The position numbers and the translations under genes are program-made. This document shows positions 1-10,372 of a stretch of DNA of 64,000 nt, piece after piece. Origin of the DNA: Phoronis australis (Eukaryota > Animalia > Phoronida); assembly GCA_002633005.1 (NCBI GenBank), contig NMRA01000001.1, positions 562,625 to 626,624 on the forward strand. The letters are read 5' to 3'. The notes beneath the pieces are model-generated. The model had not been told where the DNA came from, did no database searches, and saw only the letters and a list, made by a program, of their open reading frames with translations. The stretch's first letter is position 1. Each line of letters opens with the position of its first letter.

Positions 1-1039
1 TTAGACCGCAAAATATTTCAAAAATACAGATGAAATTTGTTCGGAAGACGTTTTCTGTGATAACTGTTCTTAACTTATTTCTTTTGTAATAAATTAACAT
101 TCCACCCTAAACTCTATGTTTCATAGTAAGAAATTACACCGGAGCAAACGAATCCAAACAATGACCACTCATAAGGTCGCAACCTCAGACCCACGAAATC
201 GAAGTTGAACATTCCATATCTAGAGTTAATTTTATGCTGATATCAATAGTATGCAATTGAAATGGTATTAATCCGTTCATCGAAGTAATTTAAAGACTGG
301 TTTTTCCTTTGAACAGTATAAATATAAACCTTGGGGTGTACTTCGTTAAAACGTGGTCGATTTTTAAATGACCAAATTTTACCGACAACATCGTTGCGCT
401 CCAACATTTAGCGTAGATGATTCTCAGGGAGAAAAAAGAAGTTTGCGGCAATCTTGGATGTGATGCGAATGGTATAACTGCAACCTTTTCATAATCCAGT
501 CAATAAATTTCGTATTTGTCTTAAGAGAATTGGTCTCTTTATTCTTCCGAGACAAATATTNTTCTTATCCCTCTTTTGTTTCAATCCGTTGCTAGGAGCC
601 GCAAAACGAGTTGCCTCTCTAATTAAATCTATGACGTCATGACGTCATTGACACATCCGTCCGGTAGGTGTCCCTTCCGACTGTAGTTATACCACGTGAC
701 CTCCTTTCATATAGATGACCTTTGACCGAGGAGCCTCAAAACGGGGCGTCTAAATGACTTACTATACTACTGCAACCGCAGTTAACAAAACTGACTTACA
801 ATGCTGATGAGTCCAGATAACATAGTCATCAAGGATTTGAAAAAAATGTGATTTCATCGGGTGGCAATAGGCAGGCCTACTTCAAGACCCGTAAACCCGC
901 CTAAAATCCAAGAAACGATTTTTTGATGATTTAGACCAAATACCGGTAAGAACTGATCTCAATTTGTTCCTTACCCAGATGAGAAGTAATTTACGAGTTT
1001 TCGAACTACCGACGGTTCTTCATTGATTGAGATTATGCT

Positions 1040-1098
1040 CGGCGCATCAAATGACACGTCGTGACAAGCGGCGCATAAAATGACACGTCGTGACAAGC
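1040..1098. repeat. 29-bp tandem duplication
   Basis: CGGCGCAT.AAATGACACGTCGTGACAAG x2. Confidence 0.85.
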
Positions 1099-2058
1099 CG
1101 GATTTCAAAGCACTGAAATCATCTCCAATTTGAGACGAAGGGGTCTAAATAAATAATTTTTGCGATGGGTAAACGGGTTCATAGCCGCTTTAAACTCGAT
1201 CTAACTCTGCTCTTTGGTGCGAAAGATATGGTGCATTTGCTGAGGCAAAAATTCAGCTTTGAGTTTATTTTGAAATACAAATGTGGATGAGCAAAGACAA
1301 AACAAAAACTCGGTTTTAAGGAAATTTAGTTGATGAATTAATTAAGATATCTGATCATAGGCTTACGTCACTTAGAGAAACATTGAATCGAACCAGTAGA
1401 AGACCGCCAACAGAATCATCACTATTCCATACATTTTAACGAAACAGGTGGAGTTCAGAGACTGTCCAGTTCCGTCGCCTGTCTATCACCGCACTCGTAC
1501 GGTATCCCGGTCACAGCACGAACATCCTGTCACACTACCAATTTTCTGTCACGCCAGGAAACTCTGCCAGTTTGACTTTAGTTGTCTTATAGGATGTCGT
1601 GACTGTAAGTAGAGAACGCGACAGACGAGAGCTTCTATCTCACCACAGGTAGATTAAAGATGCAGTTGCATGCTCCGAACTATGATAATGTATATCAGGA
1701 ACTAAGCGACAATGCTATTTTAACACTGCTAAACAAAGTGCAGTTGTTGTATTTATTGAAAACTTGTAAATGTGTAAACAAAAAATTCTGCAAATAGGTG
1801 ACCTTTTCCCAGTGACATATCTCGAGGGCTCACGTAGCTCGCGTCATGTAGTGCTATTCCCCAGCACCCCGTCACGATACTTACTGGACACGGTTCAGTG
1901 ATTTGCGGCCGATCATTTTCCCCACAAAACTCGTTCTTAAAACCTTTGGCAATTTTCAACCTACTTCATTTTCAAATCACCGCTGATATGTTGTGTTTCT
2001 AACTAATTTGGCCAAGCAATAACAGAGATAAGGAATTAGCCTGCAAGTTCCACTTTAA

Positions 2059-2911
2059 GGGAGCAAAGGCCCATTAGTAACGAAACAAAAACGGTGCCGC
2101 CGGGATGCCGTTCTTACGGTTATCACGAAGTTTGTCTGAGAATTAAGAATTTCGAGCTTATTTCTGTTCATACATATTGACTCTGAGAGCTGTCGAGTCA
2201 GTCATAGTTCTACCTCGGTTATGAGAAGTTCGATCGTCGTTTGCTGTTGTTTGCGAGTCAGTCAACATGCCGCACTGTTGCCGCATACCGGGATGTACTC
2301 ATTATCCCCCAGAGCCTGTAAGCAGCCCTGCTGTGATGTTGAGTAGTGGGAGTGAATACAGGCCCAGTTCGACACCCAGTGAACACGACAGTTCGTCGTT
2401 CAATGGACAGATCGGCGAGCCAAACTTTGACAAGTTTATTGTGGACTTGTCTAAAGTATTGGGGCTATTTAGAAGGTGCCAGATGTGTGGCAAGGGAGTC
2501 ACACGGCGGGATGTAAGCAGTTTGTGTGCTCAGGTCACTATCCAGTGGGAGTGTGTCTCAGGACACTCGGGCAAGTGGGGCAGATGTTCCTCTGTCCCTG
2601 AGACGATAATGAGTACATCCTGGTACGCAGCAACAGTGTGGCATATGTTGACTGACTCGTAAACAAAAGCTAACGGCGACCGAACTTATCACAACCGAGA
2701 TAGAACAATGACTCATTTGGCAGCTCTCACAGTCAGACTATATGAAAATAAATTGGCACGAAATTCTTGCCCCCCAAAACGTCACTTCCGGAGAAGAGGG
2801 CGAGTAATTGTTTAAATTAGCAAAAAGCTGTTATTAACTGAAAAATATGTCTGGGATAATCAACAAACCTTAGTTTTGCTGAAAAAGACATGAAAAAGGT
2901 TGCCTTCGCCT
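2059..2911 (+). mobile_element. Internally deleted Kolobok-like DNA transposon (THAP start and transposase remnant)
   Basis: TTAA at both flanks; short imperfect TIR (GG..AAGGC / GCCTTCGCCT); about 170-bp subterminal inverted repeats; ORF 2267-2662 with MPHCCRIPGC and KFIV..LF..C..C...C.SGH..W. Confidence 0.65.
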
Positions 2912-3416
2912 TTAAGTCTACATCTTTTGACGGTTAGAGAGCTGTGGGTTATGGCTACCGAGGATTCTTTGTACTAAAGCGCCCATCACTAAAAATTAAG
3001 CGCTGTGGCTTGGAGCTCTTTCATTCTGTGGAACGCGGACGTATTCTTTTGACATTTGTTATTCTGCTATTTTTGGTTTAATTGCAACCATAGTACGGTG
3101 GAAGTGTAGGCATTTTCAATTTTTGAATTGAAAGTGATCGTCAAATATGCAGATGTGTTGTTCAACCAGTGTCCACTTTGATTGTGGATTGATGGATCAT
3201 GCATGCGTGTACACGTTTGAACGCTTCTTTTCTTTTAAATTCAGTACATGCTGACAGTAAGTTCACTATAGTCAGTCCTCCGTCGTGCTAAAAGCCAGAC
3301 ATTCAACTACTGTGTTTTCTTGCACTGAGAATACACCGTTGAGCATTTTCACGTCAATGGTGCCCAACCCTGCAGACTTCATACGAGCCACAAACTAGAT
3401 GGAAAAGATTTCCAGT

Positions 3417-4570
3417 GTTCCATGTCACTATGACGAAGGTTCAATACTCCGAAGGTTCAGTACTCAGAATGCCCTTTACTCCGAAGGTTCGTTATCTTCT
3501 AAAGATTACTACTTTTGAATTTCCACTATTCCAAAACCAGGGCCCGGTCTCTAATCTTTGTACTCGAAACGAAGTGGAAATTACTTTTGCAATTTTTCTG
3601 CTCCTTTTGTGCGAATTCAAGGTAAGTGGTTATCAGATGGTGCTCGAATAATTATAGTTCATGCATCTGAGTTTCTAGTCCAAGTTTGCACTTAAAAACC
3701 CTTATATGCGTGCTACAAACTCGAGTAAAAACTCGAAATTTCGAGTTTAAATTCAAACTTTTAGCTTTAATGTTGGATTTGTCAACTGCAAACTAGGACT
3801 AATCATTCATCCACGTAAGTCATTATGTATTCGAGCATTGAGTAATGGACACTTATCTTGATTCACACAAAAGTAGATTAAAAAATGCCACCAAACATTA
3901 TTTCGAGTTCCATTTCGAGTAAAAGGATTCGAGACTGGGCCCTGAACTCAGACAGTTCACTAGTTTGGTTGTGTGATCACGACTCATTCTCAAGCAGAGA
4001 CAACATCTGGGGCACGGCTGCGGCGACCAACGGCGGTTTCAAATTTAAGAAGACTAAATGGGACTCCCTGACTTCGTGAGGACTTGCAGGGACAGGGTGG
4101 CCTAGAAACTTCATTTAGTCTCGACCCGGCCGTGTGCGTCGCGCTGCGATTCGAACTTGACATGGATTTGATGAGTTGTGTCATGGCTGATAATTCATCA
4201 GTATTCCTACTTCATATCATTTTAAAATGCAAGTGCGTACTCATTTTAGACATGCGGGCAATTTCGCATGCGCATGAAATCTGACTACCGTTTCTAGTTG
4301 TGCTGGCCAGCTGGAGGGCGGTGGTCACTGTCTACATAAAACTCAAACAAAGTGTTTAGTGCCAGGGCGTTGTTTTTGGTATAGGTGCATCTAATAGCCG
4401 AAATATGGTTTATTTTAGCATGTAAAAGTTTAAAAATCACATCTGAGTTTGAAAGTTTAGATATTTTTGGAGCGGTGAATCTTCGGAATGGTGAATCGTT
4501 GAAGTAGTGAACCTTCGGAATAGTCAGTGAACCTTCCGAGTAGTAAACTTTCGAAATAGTGGGATGTCCC
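3417..4570. mobile_element. Foldback-type non-autonomous element whose arms are inverted arrays of ~15-bp subrepeats
   Basis: (tACTCCGAAGGTTC)n at ~3425-3495 is mirrored by (GAACCTTCGGAATAGT)n at ~4470-4560. Confidence 0.6.
3538..3944. mobile_element. MITE (PIF/Harbinger-like) nested in the previous element
   Basis: TIR CAGGGCCCGGTCTCTAATC / GATTCGAGACTGGGCCCTG. Confidence 0.75.
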
Positions 4571-5164
4571 CATTTCCAGCGATGTAAGCAACTTAAGTAA
4601 CACGCTAAAATACAACCAGATACACAAATTTGTTAAGTCATTCGCCAACTAGACTTCATATTTTCGTCTGAGTATGCTATGAGGTGTAATCACTCATTTA
4701 AGCATGGCTGATTTGAAACTTCGGCAGGAAATAATGCGAGAATGTTCTCTTTTTGGACCACATTACATCCTAATTTATGTCGCGTTCTTTGCAAACAACC
4801 GTCACAGCATCCTCATATCTGGTGTTACAAATTTCGTCTCATCTCATGAACATGAGTCGTCGTCATGTATACAGATTTCCCTTCCCCCTAATTAAGCTGC
4901 GTCAAAGGCATCACCGAAAACTTTAGATACAGAGTCGACGTTTGCAAAATACCAAGATCCACCGTTCTTGAAATTCGAACTACCCCTCATTGCTGGCTAC
5001 GGGCCTGAATAGGATATATGCATTTGAGTAGAGAGATAGGGACGTCTAAAAAGTCTCCCCTGCATCGACCAAACCTCTGCACGCTTCTGCCCCACCGCTA
5101 AAGATGTCTGTAAAGTACCTTTTGTTGCATGCAGAATGTTGCTCTACATTATGCAAATGATTTC

Positions 5165-5880
5165 AAGCGGTTACCTGGCGGGTTGATCAACTCAGGTACT
5201 TGGGCGTGTCTGGCGGGGATAACCCACCACTGAGATTTGTCTGGCAGTATTTATTCTTAATATCTGGGCTTACGGCGAATATTTTGCAACTGGTTTTATG
5301 TGGTTACCTCTTGGGCTGATCTAGCTCAATTCATATATTTGGGCGTGTCTGGCGGGGCTAATCCACCACTTGATTTGTCTGGCAGTGTTTATTCGTGATA
5401 CCTGGGCTTACTGTGAATATTTTGGAACTGGTTTTAGGCGGTTAACTCTTGGGTTGATCTAGCTCAATTTGTAACCCTTTTTGATAATCGTCTGGCACGG
5501 GCGCCCCACCATTGAAATTGTCTGGCAGTCTAGCTGTTGTGCCATGTTCAGTGATGCTGAACATCGTGCAATTGGTTTCAAACGGTTACCTGATGGGTTG
5601 ATCTAGCTCAATTCTGGTATTTGGGCGTGTCTGGCGGGGGTAACCCATCCGTAGATTTGTCTGGCAGTGTTCATTCGTGATACTTGGGCTTACGGTGAAT
5701 GTTTTGCGACTAGTTTCAAGACTCGGGTTACGTCTTGGATAATTGATCTAGCTCAATTTTATTACCCTGTATATGTTCGTCTGGCGGGTACTCCAATTTT
5801 GATACAAGGATGACGTAGCAGGTATCGACGGCAGTTTTAAGTGGTTACCAGAAAAGTTGATCTAGCTCAATTTTTGAGTG
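5165..5880. repeat. Diverged tandem array, ~135-145-bp unit, ~5-6 copies
   Basis: Recurring GGTTACC..TTGATCTAGCTCAATT..GTCTGGCGGG..TTTGTCTGGCAG near 5169, 5302, 5440, 5584, 5726, 5843. Confidence 0.85.
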
Positions 5881-6374
5881 TTTTGAGTGTAATTCTCTTG
5901 GCTCCCCTGACCACACCCACCAGAGCGAACCTGCCAGACGGCCATTTCCAAGCATCAGGATACCCACAGATCCATGGCACCAAAGAAAATTGGTTACCAT
6001 TTCATGCACAAAAAGCTCTGGGATAACGGTGTATATAATCCCGTCTGGGAAATGGAGATGGCTCCCGTAATGTCTAGAGCTTCCTCTACCTGACGCCGTA
6101 CGTCGGTTACTGAAATACGCGTTAGATTGTGACCACGGCGATTCCAGGTGCAATTCCGATCTGCCAGTGACTCAGGCCCTGCAGGTTATCTTAGAAAACC
6201 ACCTTTCTTATCCGACGAAAAGTGTAGGCCTACCCCATGAGCAGCCAAAGCGTCATGAGCATATGGTACTAAACATGAGTAGGGCCTGGGTGAGTTACAG
6301 CTTATTTTATATTTTACCATTCAGTCACGGCTGGCACCCCTCAAATTGTTATGAACGAACAACCGATGTGTGAA

Positions 6375-6588
6375 TAATTCCGAGCCAATGACATTCGTTT
6401 CTTTGCAACATCTCGGTTGTTCATTGGTTCGCCACTGTGCACGACTCGCTGCACGAAACTTCTGGCGCGCCTTCATTGTTTCAATCACATGTGAGGAAAT
6501 GCTGCTGTCGATTCGCTTGCGAGTGTTGCACTTTGTATTTGGCAAAGTCGACCATTCCTAACATCCTCGTGACGTGAAATTGTGCAAA
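6375..6588 (+). promoter_or_regulatory. Putative MARCH2/3 promoter / 5' UTR
   Basis: AGCCAATG (~6383), inverted CATTGGTT (~6422), CRE-like GTGACGTG (~6569), CpG-rich, just upstream of the putative ATG. Confidence 0.45.
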
Positions 6589-6657
6589 ATGATGGAAGAT
6601 CTCAATGAGTCAGATCACGCATCCCACTTTAGCTGGGGAAGCTTTCGGGCTGAGCGG
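6589..6657 (+). CDS. MARCHF2: MARCH2/3-like putative coding exon 1 (MMEDLNESDHASHFSWGSFRAER)
   Basis: ATG downstream of CCAAT boxes; donor CGG|GTGAGT; phase 0 and in frame with the exon at 9840. No homology support. Confidence 0.55.
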
Positions 6658-9600
6658 GTGAGTTACTGCGATTTCTCGACTAGTAGGTTTTCCGAAGTGC
6701 ATTGACGTCCTGTGACTGTAAGAACTGAAAGTAGTGGCATGGATACTTTCGTCAGGACTTACGGCTTTTGTTTTATACCAGTCATTTTGACCTCATAGAT
6801 GACTAGACAATCTTCAACCAGTTGAATTTGCATAGGCGCTACTTCAGTAATTGAGCTAATGACAGAGTAACCTGGGTCCCCACCCAGCCCTCATCGACAA
6901 TAACAATGTCTCACTTGGAGCCCGATATCAATCACACGGGATAAGAGAATCTCAGTTGTAATGAATTAAATGTCAAAAAACCAACTGAATATTGCCCTTC
7001 AGAACCCTCATTCACCTGTGGGCAATGGCACCAGTGCCTTCTGAGAGGGTAATTTTTTTCGGTTGTAGGGAAACTTCCTCCCCGTTAATCAAGTCCACCA
7101 TCCGGCATTTACTTCGAGTGGCCAAAACTCACGTTCTGTGCTCTCGACCGTGGTCTTTTACACTGCTCCGAGCGGACGGACCACCCCAGCAGGTCACGTG
7201 GAATTGGACTAGCCTAAGTAACAGGGGTGTCGGGAAGTAAAGCCGGTGATATCGTGAAAGTACTTCTCCATACTGTATTGCGATCACACTTGTTGTTGTC
7301 AGTGGCGGATTTAGAGGGGAACCAACCCCTAAAATGCTCCCAGACTACATTTGGCATTTCGGGGGTGTTTTTGTGCCGAATCTTGGGCGTTCCTTGACGA
7401 ATCTGTCTGAAATTTGGCCTTTATAAGCGCTATCAGGATTGTGAAACCCTTTTCTTGCTATAACAATATTCAAGTTTTTCTGCTCAGATCATTGTGATGT
7501 TCTTTTGTTGACTTAAGTTATTTTTAGTTGCACTTTGTTAGCCTATCATATTTGAGCTTTCATTGAATCATGGGGGAGGTAATTTTTGGACCTTATGACC
7601 TAATTCATGTGATTTTTAATGCGTCGAGGGTGGGAAACTTAACATTTGTTTCCTGTTTAGTTGCCAAGCTTTCCACAGAGCTTATAAAAGTGTTTATGAT
7701 CACTGCGAAAGGAAAACTGATATTTTTTGTATATTCCATCTTAGTGACATATCCCACTTACACTCAAACACAGGCACAAAATACACAACATGTATTTTAT
7801 TGATAAATCCTAACCACGATGTGAAGTAACAAAAGTCTTTTGTTCTTAACAAATGCTTTGAGAGGGGGTCATCCCGAACGAATGTTGTCGAGTCTCAAAA
7901 CTTTGTAAGAAATCTTTTTTCTTAGTACAACGTAGTCATGCAAGAAAGTTTTAAAATTATTAAAGTTGAGACTGATCCTTGCTACATACATACCGGAATA
8001 TAAAATATTATGTTTCAGTTAAAACAGTATTAATCTCTCTACAATTGGGACCCAAGTAAGTTATTAATATTACATCTTCAAATTTCATTACGTAATACTT
8101 TTCTCAACATTGTTTGCACATTGTACCTCAGTTTTTTCGTAAAATAACATTAAAAAGTAAATGGATAAATGTTTTCCTGCTTTTAATTAAAATGTCCGGC
8201 CTGTTATCATAATTTATGCCAAAACTGAGGGTATGACAATAAGCACGTTTGACTGTATTTCAAAATCTCAAAAAGTTTGCCAAGAATATTTTTTTTGAAT
8301 TATCTCCACTAATTCACAGTGCACCCATGCAATTGAAAGTTACATTGCCACTTTTGGCGGATCTTGCCACAGAGTCTGGTTACAGGTGATGTAGTCTAGA
8401 ATGTGATTACCTCACATCCCCAGCAAACTACTCCAATTTGGAGATGAACGATATGACGACCGGTGGCCTATTCCCTCTGCTGCATCTGCTTACAAAAGAA
8501 TGAAGCTTTACCTTTACCCCTGAACTCACCTATGATATTTGTTCAAACTAGCAAAATTCAACTTTTTAAAATTTGAAGCTAATGCCACAGCATCTGTGAG
8601 TCATGCATATTAATTAGCATATTAATTAGCATATTAAGTACATGTGTTCTAAAACAAAGCTTAACTAGTGATGTTCCAGTTAGAACTTTTGACCTGTTGT
8701 AATTTCCTATTGAGAAATGACAAGGAATAGAACGAGATGGCTGAATCTCCTAAACGACCCCAGTAAGGTGTCGTCACATTTTCTGTCCGTATCAGTGTGA
8801 TAATAAACAAGCGTGCTTTTAGGGGAAGGCTTCAGGAGGCTCAAACGAGGCCCCCCTTTGGTGAAGTGAGCAAAAAAAGTCTTCCTCATGGAAATAAAAG
8901 CTCCAAAAAAGTAGAAAATGAAACAAACATCCATTAAAATGGCAGGAAATACCAAAATTTGGCAAATGCACAATTCATAGGTCTAAACGTACCCAGTCAA
9001 ATTTATTAAAAGGTCCACTTTCTCAAAAATTCAAGACCCTTTTTTAGGCTGGGTGCGCACATGATAAAGCCGCACAAAAGGCAGAGAATACCACAACAGC
9101 AGGCTGGCTTCAGATTACAGGCAACAAACTCAGCAAGTCATAGCTAAATTGTCCAGAATTGATCTTGGTATTATTGATGGAGCTGAGAATCCAGGCAAAT
9201 ACAAAAAATAGTTTCCCTATTAAGAGCTCGGTTGAACAAATACTGGCCGGACTATTTCCTCCTATTTTCACATGCGAATGGTATTATAATATGCTGCATG
9301 ATCATGTAAGTACAAATAAAAAATCTCCCGTCATCAAACTGTCTTGATGACTGTAAAATGTAACCAATTTCGGACAAAAATAGTAGGCGATTTTGCACTT
9401 TTTCATTTTTCAAGGGCTAATAATGTGAAAGACCACAATTTTTCAAAACATTGTCTGTCTGTAAGTGTGGTACAGGATTTTCGTATAGCAGAGCATCATT
9501 CTTGTACTGCATAAAAAATAAAAATAAAATTAAAACCTCCTCGCCATATTGTATCCTATATTGATGAAATTAGTTTATACTTTTTAATAGCAAACATTCA

Positions 9601-10323
9601 ACATTTTGGGACCTTGCTAAAATCTAGCCAAAATCATGTTCTCGTTTAAAATGCATGGCAATCTCATGTAATCTCACACTCTTGTGAGGTTCTAGCATCA
9701 CTGAATGCTACCCAGGTGAGTCTACATGCAAAGTTACGTCACTTCTAGGAAAACAGGATGATAGTTCCAAATCGTTCTAAATTCCTTGTAAATGTCATTT
9801 TTCTAGAAAAATTAATTTGCTGTTTTCTAAACCCTTCAGGGTAGAATCTGCAACTGGCCAGAAGGGGGCAGTTATCTGGATCTGGTGCATGAGAACGTGT
9901 CGGCCAACATTTCACATCGACGCCATTCACCAAACAACGCCCCCTGTGGAGAGAAAGACCTGCAACTTGCGCTTGTGTGCCATCATTCTCCTTGCTCAGT
10001 GTGTTCCTGTGACACAATGACATCACTGCTGGAACATTCCAATAACCTCACCCACCCCTTGGAAGGAGATTACTCTAGTGGTGAATTGGTGGCCCCACAG
10101 TCAATGCCTTGTGCAGGAAGCCGTGACCGCAATGTCTTGTCTCCTGTTAGTGTAGCAAACAGTCTCGTTTTTGTCTCCGATAGGAAGTCGGGTAACCGGA
10201 CATCTACTCCATACAGTTCAAACAGGAGTCCAGCAAACCTGTCGCAAGGGGGCGGTAACGGCAATCGTGTTTGCCGTAGTCTTCTCAGGTCTGTGCATTT
10301 CCCGTTTTCATGGACCCATAATG

Positions 10324-10372
<49 letters not shown>

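Noticed and set aside
561-561. Single N base
   Set aside because: Assembly ambiguity, not biology
2267-2662. Functional THAP protein gene
   Set aside because: THAP domain truncated after ~13 aa; the ORF runs into the inverted arm of a transposon
5165-5880. CRISPR-like look of regularly spaced conserved motifs (also 60706-61050, 49597-49860)
   Set aside because: Whole units are homologous with no unique spacers, no cas genes, and the context is eukaryotic
6285-6300. Additional + strand donor GG|GTGAGT upstream of MARCH exon 1
   Set aside because: Lies upstream of the CCAAT boxes, with no supporting in-frame ATG exon identified
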